Below, in pieces: positions 20,180 to 31,108 of a stretch of DNA of 48,838 bases (within the stretch, counting starts at the first letter, position 1; each line of letters begins with the position of its first letter). Location: the NCBI GenBank assembly GCA_054600435.1, contig BAAIJX010000014.1, forward strand, positions 434,001-482,838, read 5' to 3'. This DNA comes from Neophaeotheca triangularis (taxonomy: Eukaryota). The notes beneath the pieces were generated by a model. It was not told where the DNA came from. It saw nothing but the letters and a program-made list of their open reading frames with translations, and ran no database searches. Position numbers and translations under genes: made by a program.

Positions 20180-22080
20180 GTTGACTTGTGGTTGGAAGGC
20201 GTTGGCAAGGTGGGCACGTACGGACGATACGGCACGTACGAACGATTTTGCAACGACTCTTTAATTTTAACGATGTCCCTTTTGATCTTTTCTTTCCTTT
20301 CCCAAGTTATAGCAATGTCGCAGCCACCCACGAGGACCAATGTAGATACTTCATTCGCAAGTGCACCCACATCTTCTACGCGATGTGCCGGCTCCATCAG
20401 CGTGACCGGCTAGGAGCTTGAATAGCTGCGCCAAACCACTCCCCTCCTTTCGGGATGCTCTAACAAGGAGGAAGGTCTACAGGAGACACTACTTCATGAA
20501 GTTTGATCACTCACTGAATCAATCAGAGTCACCGATCGTGGCTCTCTACTCGACGAGGCGAAAGGGGAACGCCCACTCTGATTTGTCTTCTCATAACGGC
20601 TTTCATCTTCATGTACCAACGTACCCAGCGTTGCAAGAGCAACACCAGGTATGTGATGTGCATGCAGGATACCAGGGTACATGGGACGAATGAATACCGT
20701 GGGGTGTAGCATGAACCATCACGGCTGCAAGTACCTTATAGTAATGTCTTGGCTTCATGCCCGAACCGGCGGCGTGGGTGGTTGTGTGTGTGAGTGGAGA
20801 TCAAGTCACTATTCGATGAGCTGGAGCAGCGTGGAGTGGAGAGCCTGGAGAGTCGCACCGAGCGAGCCGACATCGCATCGTCGTTAATTCGCGCAAAAGC
20901 AGGCCAGGCCAGGCCAGCGCGCGTGCGCGCGACAAGTGTGTGCATGACCACTGCCAATTACTACCTACATAGGTACTGCTATCTTGTTATGAACTCTGAC
21001 CTCGCAGTTCTGGGCCTCTTGGATTGTTCACGTTGTTGGCATCAAGCGAGGTCAGCATCAACTGGGTAAGGTAAGGAAGGTAAGGTATCAAGCAGGAATC
21101 GCCATCGAGTGATGTCAGGCAGGATGATCAGCTTCCCGGTCCTATTGCAGGCCCGGAAAAGCAACGATCAATCAATCAATGGTAATGCCGAGTGATTAGT
21201 GGTGAATAATATCCGTGCAATCAGCGTCAAAGCCGTCGCCGGCAAAGGCGCATGTCCATTATCTATCATTTTTGTCCGGTGAGCACAGGCTAAATTAATA
21301 TAACAGCAAGGCTTGTATTTTAGCCGCGCAGATAAAGCAGCATTACCATTACCATACCGTTTGCGGTGGCAGCAGCGCGGCATGATGGATCATCAGGTCC
21401 ACCAAGTCAAAGTCGCCTTGTTGGTAGCAAGTACTGCTGTACTGCTGTACTGCTGTACTCATGTCTCAAGGTACTCGGGAATCACTAGTACTAGTAGTCA
21501 AAGCGAACCAGTAGAGCATCGCAAAGTGCGTAGGTACTATGCAGTATCGGGCACGCTTCTGTTGCCGGATTTCCCGTCCCAGCAGTTGGAGAAAGGCCGC
21601 CGATGTTGCCGTTGGTTGGCCTGCCCGGACCTGGACAGTGGACAACCCCCGGGTCAACGGCCATCAGCGCGGGTTGACTTTCGCTAGCTACCCTCCCACT
21701 GGCGGCGCTACGGGGGATCTCTGCCCATATACTTCACGCCTGCTTCTCTACCTCAACCTCTTCTTCCTCCCTCCTTTTCCTCTCCTCTTCGCATTCCCAT
21801 ACCACTTCCGGTCATGGCATCTAACACCAAGCACATGTGTGGACGAGCACCATCTAGCCACAAGCTTCTTACCAACTTATAGACGACTATCACTCGACGC
21901 GAACATCACCAAGGGATCCGCAGGGATAACACCGACCGTGTTACGCTTTGCTCTACATCCCGTTGCGGACGGTGCAGAATCCCAGCGCTTTGTCAAGGAC
22001 TACTACAACCTCCACAGGACAAAATCGACTTTGCGACTCCCAACACATCTGTACACCAGAAATAGCTACCGAGTCTCAAC

Positions 22081-22563
22081 ATGCCTTTCAACTGCTTCCG
22101 GCAGCCAAGCGCGCAAGGCGAAGAGCTCCCAACGGCACCCCGGCCAGTCAAATATGAGCGACTGAAAACCGCCACTTTCCGCCGCACGCCCACGAGTGGT
22201 TCCATCAGCAGCGCCGCCTCCAAATGCAGCAACACGAACATCCCGCCCTGCAAGCGCAACTCGGACCCCAAGATCGAAGCCATGATGATGGCGCTGCCGC
22301 ACGAGCCGCGCCCGAGCAGGTGCTTGCGAATGAGCCACCCGAAAATCTACGGCAATATTATCGATTCAATGAAGTCGGAGCGGGGGTGTAGGGACTGGCG
22401 CAGTTTTGCCACTTTTCATGCCGATGAGGTTGACATGAAGGTTTCGGCGATTGAGGCTGCGGAGAAGAGGGCTAGGGATTTTGAGAGAAGAATGAGGGAG
22501 CTCGAGTCGTTTTCCAGTGCCAGTGGGAGTGACCAATCGAGTGAGGTTGATATGATTGGATGA
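22081..22563 (+). CDS. Hypothetical protein (160 aa)
   Basis: ATG in good context (CAACATG), protein-like composition with a C-terminal coiled-coil-like segment; no recognisable family. Confidence 0.5.
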   Translation: MPFNCFRQPSAQGEELPTAPRPVKYERLKTATFRRTPTSGSISSAASKCSNTNIPPCKRNSDPKIEAMMMALPHEPRPSRCLRMSHPKIYGNIIDSMKSERGCRDWRSFATFHADEVDMKVSAIEAAEKRARDFERRMRELESFSSASGSDQSSEVDMIG

Positions 22564-22919
22564 ATGATCGGTCCAGTTGAGCAACGACTCGAGGGGCTGT
22601 CGCCTCGACTTGACCACATCTGAAGGATTACTATGCCGATTGACAGGATCCTATGGCTCACTTTGGCTTCATTGGACGACACTTCACTTTTGCAGCTTGA
22701 CTTCACTTTCGAGGAGGGACGTTAGTAACGACGCCGATTGCAGGAGCATCCAAGACTTTTATGGTTTCCATTGTGAACTTTTTTATTGCGGACAACTACA
22801 AATGACCGGCAACTTTTTGGACCACACCACCTTTACACAGACACTGGCAAGTATCGTCGTGGAAAGATTTTCCATCCACAACCTCAAATCGACGGACACG
22901 TCCGATCATACCCGGCGGC

Positions 22920-23498
22920 ATGATCGCGACACGAAACAAAACCATCATCCCCGTACCCACCTTACCCATCAGCGTGGAGAGGGTAAACCATGTCAACGAC
23001 ATCGCCGAGACCAGGAATCTCAATCGAAGAAAAACTCCTAAGCACGAGTCTCCGGCGAACGCAAGTCACAATCCCATCGAAAGTTCCATCCCATCCACCA
23101 AACCAACGGCCACTAAACGCTCCAGCGACGGACTCCTCATGCCCGAGCCAAAGCCCGAAGGCTTGCCGGAGTGGTACCAAAAACAGTTCACACGGATCGA
23201 GGAAGAGGTTCGTCACAAACGTGAGCAAATTCGTGCCTGCTTGCTCTACCATAAAGGCCATTCCGATTGGAAAAGCCTACCAACCCTTCCTCCCGGCAAC
23301 GATGACGGTTTGATTTTCAGTCCAAAGGCGGGTTTGAGGCGGAGGAGTCGCGGGGGGATGACTTCGGAGTCGCGGGTTGTGAGGATGGGGAGCGTGAAGA
23401 GAATGCCGGGACGGAAAGCGAGGCTTGGGGGAAGTGGACCGGATGGTGACTTTGAAGGAAGGGCGGTTTTTCGGGGCCTGTTGGTCAGCAGAAGATGA
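22920..23498 (+). CDS. Hypothetical basic protein (up to 192 aa)
   Basis: ATG-initiated ORF with a helical charged segment (LPEWYQKQFTRIEEEVRHKREQIRACL); no family recognised. Confidence 0.35.
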   Translation: MIATRNKTIIPVPTLPISVERVNHVNDIAETRNLNRRKTPKHESPANASHNPIESSIPSTKPTATKRSSDGLLMPEPKPEGLPEWYQKQFTRIEEEVRHKREQIRACLLYHKGHSDWKSLPTLPPGNDDGLIFSPKAGLRRRSRGGMTSESRVVRMGSVKRMPGRKARLGGSGPDGDFEGRAVFRGLLVSRR

Positions 23499-24078
23499 TA
23501 TGGGTTGGAGGACTTCGATCCCGGCGGGAGTATTAAGTGAGCAGCGTTAGGCATGAGCACTTGCTGCGCGATTTCTACGGCTTTAGCGAGGCGTCTAGAG
23601 GTTGAGGCTATTGCTCGCTACGGAACTTGAGCGTTGCTGCGAGCATTCTATCTAGTTCGAGAGCACGACAATGATGACATTTCCCAGCAAGACTCTATCT
23701 TCACCATCAGACCATTGGATGCTACTTTAACTTTCCCCGTGTCGCGATGCTACTCATTCACACGTCAGTGAGCCTGTGGCTAGGTCCTCAAAAGGTGTAA
23801 AGATCGCAACGTTCCCTCCATAAGCCTTACAACGTGAGCATATAAAACACGAGGCTTTTCCCGGCGCTCATGATACAAATCAGCCGCAGATTGCAACGAT
23901 GTGACATTTCTCATTATTTGGTGCCTTTGAAGTCACTCTCACAACCAGTGGCAGTCGTACCGAAAGCGAGCTCGACATCAAAGTCTTGGCATCAAGAACC
24001 TCTTCTCCCCCAAACCTCATCCACGATCAAACACCCGCTTCACAATCTCTCTCCCTCCCCCAAGACCCAGCACCCACC

Positions 24079-24733
24079 ATGCTCCCCCGCCCACGAATAC
24101 GGCCGCAAGGCCTCCTCGACGCCCTGAAACGGCAAACCCTCGGCCCAAGCAAACGCACCCTCATCGCCGCCCCAAAACCCAACTCGGGCCCCCTCATGGA
24201 ACGCCGCGGCGACCGCGCCCTCCCCTCCATCGGCACCTCGAACCGCTGGCTCCGCACGCTCCCGCTCTTCGCCGTAATCATGGTCGCCTCGACGCTCGCA
24301 ATCTTCAATTACCAGAAATCCTCCTCGTCCGTCGTGAACAGCACGCTCTACGCCCTGCGCACGAACCCACGGGCCCGCGAGATTCTGGGCGATGAGATTT
24401 ACTTTGCAAGCCAGATTCCGTGGATCGGGGGCGAGATTAATCAGTTGCATGGGAAGATTGATATTCAGTTTTGGGTCAAGGGGACGAGGACACGCGGGTT
24501 GATGCGGTTTAGGAGTGAGAGGAGGCAGCGGATGGGATATGTGAGTAGTCATTTTCTGATGGTCGAGCGGATGTTGTTGGGTATGCGCTGTGATTTGCTA
24601 ACGCTGGGAACAGTTTGAGACGCTCGAGTGGAGTTTGGAGCCCGAGGGCAGCGAGAGGGTGTCGTTGTTGCAGGCTGAGGGCAAGGATCCTTTTAGGCAA
24701 GAAACGGCTGATAGGGTTGCCGTGGCCGCTTAG
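24079..24733 (+). CDS. COA1: Cytochrome c oxidase assembly factor Coa1 family; exons 24079-24540, 24614-24733
   Basis: Presequence-like N-terminus, TM helix, FNYQKSSSSVVNSTLYALRT...LGDEI...IPWIGGEINQLHGKIDIQFWVKG; intron 24541-24613 (GTGAGT..GCTAAC..CAG) gives the continuation FETLEWSL. Confidence 0.9.
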
Positions 24734-25064
24734 AACGGTCTTGTAGGATATGTTATGATTACGTGCAGGATTTTCATTACCCCTTCCCTCCGCATTTCTT
24801 CTACGCAAGTCCTAGTGGACTGTTCTCTTTCAAATCCTCGCTCCAGCTTCTTATGCCACCGCACCCACATGCTCACGCTCTCGTGACAATAAACGCCGCA
24901 CCGTCTTGCTCAAAGCTGCGCCATCTGCTAGGATAAAACCCGGACCCAACCCCAATGCCACTCGATTGCTGTCGTAAGGATAGATTTGACGTGTGGTGAA
25001 GGGGGCTGGCGGGCACGTCGAACCCAGTACTACCATGGCCAGGCACGCTGATATCGCTCGGGCA

Positions 25065-25886
25065 TCAAGCGTCCGCCAAAGCCCCCGCATGTACAACGTC
25101 GTGGAGAGTATCTTTCGTACGAGGCCCGTCACGCCTCTCCGGAGCATCCGACTCCACTTTCGCCGTAGTGGCGGCAGATGGAGCTGCATTGGAACGAGAA
25201 GGAATCCCCACCGTCGACTCGGCAGCCCTAGCACTTTCAATCGAGCTCACAAGCTCGCCAAACCTCTTCCCCCAGGCCGCGTAGAATTCAGGCTCGTACA
25301 GCAGCGAGGCGGTGGGGGATTCACGCGCCGGCTCCGTCGCGGTCACAACTCTGCCGATGGCCTCGCCAACATCCACGAGGGCTTCGAGCCGGTCGGCCAT
25401 CTCCGTAGCCGTGGGCTCGGCGACCACAGGACTGTCCACGCCCGCCAGGGATTCGAGGAGGGTTTCGAGCCTGTCGTCTGCCGCTTCTCGCGTTGGCCCA
25501 GCGTCCAGAGCACTATCGATTGCGTAGCCCAATCCGATCAAGACCTCGCACGCGTCCTTCGTCGGCTCGCGCAACGGAGCGATGCAGCCGTCGCCTTGTT
25601 CCGCGCGTCGTGCTTCCAGCTCCTCCACTCCTTCCCCTCCAATCTTCTGATCTTCGACCCTTAGCCCTTGCGGCGACGAGACGGGGTCCTCGGCCGGCGA
25701 CGCCCTGACATTGAGAATCGATCGTTGAGCTTTGGACGACTGGTGCTTGTCCTTGCCGAATTCCAGGAACCAGCCGAGGAGGAAGCCGAGACCGAACATC
25801 AGGACTATGAGGGAGATGAGTCCGCATCTGAAGGCTGCGACGCGGCGGCGGCTGGGGCCATGCTGGTCTAGGGTGCTTCGGCCCAT
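25065..25886 (-). CDS. Hypothetical single-pass membrane protein (273 aa)
   Basis: ATG in good context (AACCATG), basic patch RRRV then TM LISLIVLMFGLGFLLGWFL, followed by an acidic Ala/Glu-rich region. Confidence 0.55.
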   Translation of the reverse strand: MGRSTLDQHGPSRRRVAAFRCGLISLIVLMFGLGFLLGWFLEFGKDKHQSSKAQRSILNVRASPAEDPVSSPQGLRVEDQKIGGEGVEELEARRAEQGDGCIAPLREPTKDACEVLIGLGYAIDSALDAGPTREAADDRLETLLESLAGVDSPVVAEPTATEMADRLEALVDVGEAIGRVVTATEPARESPTASLLYEPEFYAAWGKRFGELVSSIESARAAESTVGIPSRSNAAPSAATTAKVESDAPERRDGPRTKDTLHDVVHAGALADA

Positions 25887-26390
25887 GGTTTTTGCAGAGG
25901 GGCGTGGGGATGATTGATTTGGATAGTTGGTCGTTGAAGGGAGTAGAGTGCTGAGAGGAATGTATTAATGGTTGGTGAGTTGCTGCTTGGATGTCGAGAC
26001 GACGCTCTGGTACAATGGTGTTGTTATTTTGGTGCAATATTGGTGATTGGGTTATAAACCAAGTATGCGCGCCCTCCCTGAAGACAGTCTGTTGACTCGT
26101 AATAGTGGCAGCAGGCGTGCCCTCGACACATCCACAGGCTGGAAGGATGTACTGCGGTCGTGCACGTATAGCAGGTGCAACACGGTTATCTTGCACGAGG
26201 AGGACATCTAAGCCATACAAGGATAACAGCAACCCTGGAAGCCTATAAACTGCTTTGAAAGAAACTACAAAGAATACGAAACAACCACCGTAGAGATACG
26301 TCAAAATGCCTGCCATCCCCACAACCCCAACGCAATAGCGAGCAACCACCAACCCAGCCTCGCACAAAATTCCAATCTCAAGCAGAAACC

Positions 26391-29300
26391 TCACCCCCCC
26401 TCCCCACCGCTCCCAAGCAACTTCTCCCTCTCCTCGGCCTCCCGCTTCCTAACCAACTCCAGCAAATCGTTAGTACTGGACCTCACGAACCCGCCATCCG
26501 ACCGACTCGAGCGAACCGAAAGGAAAGAAACGCTGCGCCAGTGGCCCTTGCGGTCATCAACGACCGTGACAGAAGGATACCGCCTGATACTGCCCTTGAA
26601 CTCGGCCGGCGGGCGCTGCTCGGGAGAGCGCGGTTTGCCGGGGTTCAGCGACGTCGCGGGCGGGAGCATCAGATGGGTGTCGTTTGTTGTTGCTGTTGTT
26701 GTACTTGCCGGTGTCTCGGAGCGGTGGGGGCATTCGGCTTTGTAGAGGTCTGCGAGGAGGTTGGCGCGGGAGGGTCGGCGGGGCGTCGTTGTTGGCGCGG
26801 TTTCCGCGGTGCCGTCGAAGGAGAGGCCGCGCTTGTCAGTTTCGGGAGCGGGGTTCGGGGAGTTGTTGTCGTGGTGGCGATGGCGGAGGAACGAGTGCGG
26901 CGGCTCGTCTTCGAGGAAATCGTCAAGGTCGGGGCCATTGGGTGGGCCAGGGGCGTCGTCGTCGTCTGGGCCGAGCATGAAGGTTTTCTCGCGCTTTGGG
27001 GTTGAGGGCTGCGACTCGGCTTCGGCGAAGGGACTGCCCTGGCGGAATGGGCTGGGGTGGTGGGAAACGTTGTCGTGGCTGAAGCGGTTATGGAGTTTCG
27101 CCTTGTCTTCTTTGACGTACTCCTTGACGTTCTCCTCAATGTCTTCGAGCTTCTGTTCGATATGGTGTAAACGCTCCGTGCCGGGGCCGTGATGCCCATG
27201 TTGTGTAAGGGTGGGCGAAATCATCTCCAGTTCAGGATATTCGAGCTTGCCGCTAGTGGATATCGATGTGCGGCGCACGCTGTGGCCGAGAAATGTAGGA
27301 CGTGGAAGCATGTCGGTGAAGTGACGGAGGGCGCCGCCAAAGGTCATCGATCGGCTCTTGGGTAGACGAGCGGGTTTGCCTGAATGGTGCTCACTATCGG
27401 ACGCCTCGTCGTCAGTGCCAGCCACGTTGTGAGGGTGGATGTCAAGGGCGAAGTCTCGAGCAACAACTTGATCGTGGTCTTTGGCACTGCCACAACGCTT
27501 CTCACGGGTGTGAGATGGGTAACGCGACCAAGAAGAAAGCGAAGTGCCGATCCGCTTTGGGGCGCCGATGCGAGAAGGCATGCTCGTCGCTAATGTGCTG
27601 CGCTTGCCAATGGACATCCGAGGGATCGCTGGCAAGGTCCTGGAAGAACTTGGGCTGGCTGGATCACCAAGCTGTCCAACACTGTAGCTGCGGCGTTCGG
27701 GTACCTGTAGCTCTCCACGCTCCATGGGGTCCAAGGTGTCAAAACGATCACCGACCGCAGATGGCCGTCTGCTGAGCTCGTCGCCGGTGAATGATGAAGT
27801 TTGGAAGACAGGCATCGGGCAGTCAGCAGCCTCTGCCTGCTCGCGCGCTTTGCTGGCCGATCGAAACAGAGATTTCTCCTCGACATGCTTTTGAAGGGCC
27901 TGCTCCATCAACGGCGCGGCATTGTCAGCCAGGGGTTTCGTCCTCGACAGCCTACGGGCCAAGCCTCGGCTGAAGCCTAGGTTGCGGTCTTCTTCCTTGT
28001 GCATCTCCTGCAAGTTGTGCATGTTGGGCGTTGAAGGTCTGCGACGCTGATCACCCATGGTGGAGAGGCTGCACTCGTATTCCACTAGCGATTGGCGACG
28101 CTCTGTGGCATTCGGGACCTGAACGGTAAGCCGGCGGCCTTGACTAGCGGCGCTATCCTTCGTTCGGAAAGTGTCGTTGATGCTACCAGAAGGAGAACGG
28201 CTAGAGGCTGTTTCCTCTCCAACTTGTCCAGCCACGGTCAGCCTGTTGGTTACAGCAGCAGGAGCAATTTCAACACCGTCCTGACTGGCTGCTTTTGCGG
28301 ATTTCGTGGGCGTTTCGGCAAGCTCGTACTGCACCGTAAGTACTGATGCATCATCGGCGGGTCCATCATAAGCGCTCGCGGGATCATTAACCAAACCCAG
28401 AAGCGTCGGCGTACTGATACTGCGAGCCTGGAGTTTGTTTTTCTTGCGGCTTCCTGGACGAAGGAACTTGAAGATGGAGCGGCGTTTGCGGACCAGCTTC
28501 TTGGGTGGAGTGAAGCGTTCGAAGAACTTGCTCTGCTTGCCGCTTGTGCTTGTACTCCTTTTGCTCCCTTTGAGCGACTCAGCAGGCTCGACGCTCAAGA
28601 GGTGCGACACCTCTGACGTGCCGTCGGTATCGGGTATCACAGGGAACGGGTCGCTTTTCGTCGGCCCTTGAGGACCACCACACGACGGTATCTTCTCGTT
28701 ACAAACCTCAAGCTCTCCCTTCTCGCGCAGCGGCCAGTAAGCGTTCGCCTCCTCTGGCTGAACATTTTCGATCGGCGCACAAACAGCTTCATCGAGGGCG
28801 TCGGTAGGCTCAGCACCTTCGGCGGTGGCCTCAGACTCCTCCGCCTCACCAACTTCAGAAGCCGGTCGACTGTAAACAGAACTGGTTCCATCATGATCTT
28901 CCCCACGCACGCGTTCCCAAATGCTCGGCATCAGCGCACTCACAGCAGAGAGATTTCTACCGTGTGCCGGAGCACGGTTCCAAGGCTGGTGCGCCGCTTC
29001 GATGGAATCCTCTGACAAAGTCTCGGACATGGCTGAGAGGGAGCGAAGCTGCTGGGAGATGTGCATGTCGGGTAAATGGAGGCCAGAGTCTTTGCGCTGG
29101 GGGGCTGAATTTATCGAAATGGTCTCTGCGGTAGGCGCTGCATCCGCCGAGTCTTGCTGCTCAGCTACTGGTACCGGTGCGGCAATGTCGAGGCTACCTT
29201 TTGCACCCGCTGTAGAGTCGTCACGATGAGCCACGGCGTCAGCCAGGTTCGGATCCACAGCGCCGTCAAGTGAGCTTTGCATCTCGATACTGCTGCCCCT

Positions 29301-30384
29301 GAGGTGCGCCGGCCACGCGTGCCTAGGCAGATAATCCAAGCGAGTCCGCTCGACGACCGGCGCATCAGCTTTCACCGACTTGGTCAAATCCTCCCAATTA
29401 AAAGCACTCGTCGAACGCTGCACTGAAGAAGCGCGTTTCGAAGGCGCGCTGCTCAGCAAGTTGGGCGAGCTCACCGCTTGCGGCAACGAAGGCAACATAC
29501 TCTCCGCTGTGGCTTTATCCTCAGCGAGCTGTCGACGCAAAGCAACCCGGCCGGCAATCTCAGCCACATTGGCTTCCTCTGGCGAGAAGCGTGAGAAGGA
29601 TTGTCTGCGCCAAAAGAACCGTCAGCAACGAGATCACCCATCCGAACCAAAGAAAAGAGAGAAAGCATCCATACCTCTGCAACAAAACCGGCCTCAACCA
29701 CTCCAAACCAGTCAAAAAGCCAGCTCTCACCTCACCCCTCCCAACCCCCTCCCCATCCTCCTCACCAGCCCCAACCCCCCCAACCCGCTCCTCTCGACCA
29801 ACCCCCTCCAAAACCTCCTCACTCCCCAAAGCCCTCGCTTCCGCATCATACCCCCCCTCCTCAGCCCCGAGCAAACTCGTCCCCGTCTGCTCCCCAACCA
29901 CATCCGCAAACCGACTCAACCCCTCCCCATCAACCCTTTCCAACCCCTTGGAGGAACCAACCACCCGCCTGAAACTCCTCCTGGAAAACCTCCGCTTCAA
30001 ATTCCCCACAAAGCTCGGGCTGCGAGGGATGTCTTGCACCCGCGTCGCGTCCCAAGCATACCCAAGCGGCGGCAAGATGCCGCGGCCGTCGGGGAAGCGC
30101 AAAGCGTGAGGGTGATCTTCCGGGAGACTGGCGGCGACGAAGATGCGTTGGAGCTCGTGGGTGTCGAGGGCGGCGGCGTGATGGCGGTGCTGGCGAGGAG
30201 GGGTCTGGGGTTGGGGTTGACGTTCTTCCGGTGAGGGGGCGAGGGGCTGCGTGGTCTGGGGAAGGCCGCTGGCGGTGCGGCTGAGGTAGGGACAACTGGC
30301 GCCGCGGCGGAGGATGCGGGCGTTGGGGATAGGGGTGGGGGAGTCGGTGCGGTGCGGGAGGGTGCAGCAGAGGTGGGAAGCCAT
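26391..30384 (-). CDS. Large low-complexity hypothetical protein (~1307 aa); exons 30384-29675, 29604-26391
   Basis: Intron 29674-29605 (GTATGG..GCTGAC..CAG) joins the two long ORFs in frame. Mostly disordered, with motif islands SWSRYPSHTREKRCGSA, VVARDFA and SGKLEYPELE that resemble motifs recalled from uncharacterised Pezizomycotina proteins. Confidence 0.8.
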
Positions 30385-31108
30385 GGTCTTCGGGTTTGTT
30401 TTTCCCTTTCCGGTGGTTTGAGCTGGCTTGTTGGTCTGCGATGTTATGTAGAGATGTGGAGCAATCGTTTCAAGCAATGTGGTATGCGCTCTTCCAAGCT
30501 GGAATGGGACCAAGAACTTCCAAATGGCGAGCGGCGGTGAGGTGTGCAACTCGTCGTAGTGAGAGGCCGTGATGAAGAACGGCGAGGTTAGGGAGATGCC
30601 CTGTGTTTTGGCTCAGGGGGCAGTGCATTGCCTGGTTGGCAGTCGCTGATGGCGGCGTTGCAGAAGGCGCACTGACTACGAAAGGAAAGAGTGAGCTGTG
30701 TATACCAACCTGCCTCCCTGGGACGAAAGAACATGGGACGATGAGTACAATTTGCAACCTATCTACCTTGCTAGCAAGCAGAAAGCAAGTTGAAGCTCCG
30801 ACTCGTCCCCAGGCAGCCCGAAAGAGCCCCCACCACCAGCAGAGAAACTTTTGCGATCGTTGAGATCATATTGCAAAATGAACTTTTTTCTCTTTCCACC
30901 CCCAATCTCATCTAATTTCCCGCAAAAAATGCCTTGTTGAACTCCGTCGCTTGCAATACACGTTGAGTAAAATGGGTATCATAATGTTGAATCATCACGC
31001 ATGCGAGCCAGCAGTTGAGCACTGGCCCATTCCCACCCACAACGCCATATCCCTTCCTCCACCCCTGTCATTACTATTCATCCCCTGATTTTAGCACGAA
31101 AGAGGCAT

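Noticed and set aside
23510..23532. TTCGATCCCGGCGGGAG resembling a tRNA 3' end
   Set aside because: No G before TTC, no T stem pairing and no upstream arms.
25513..26394. 293-aa minus-strand ORF
   Set aside because: Non-ATG start; it overlaps the better-supported 25065-25886 ORF in another frame and spans the likely 3' UTR of the upstream gene.
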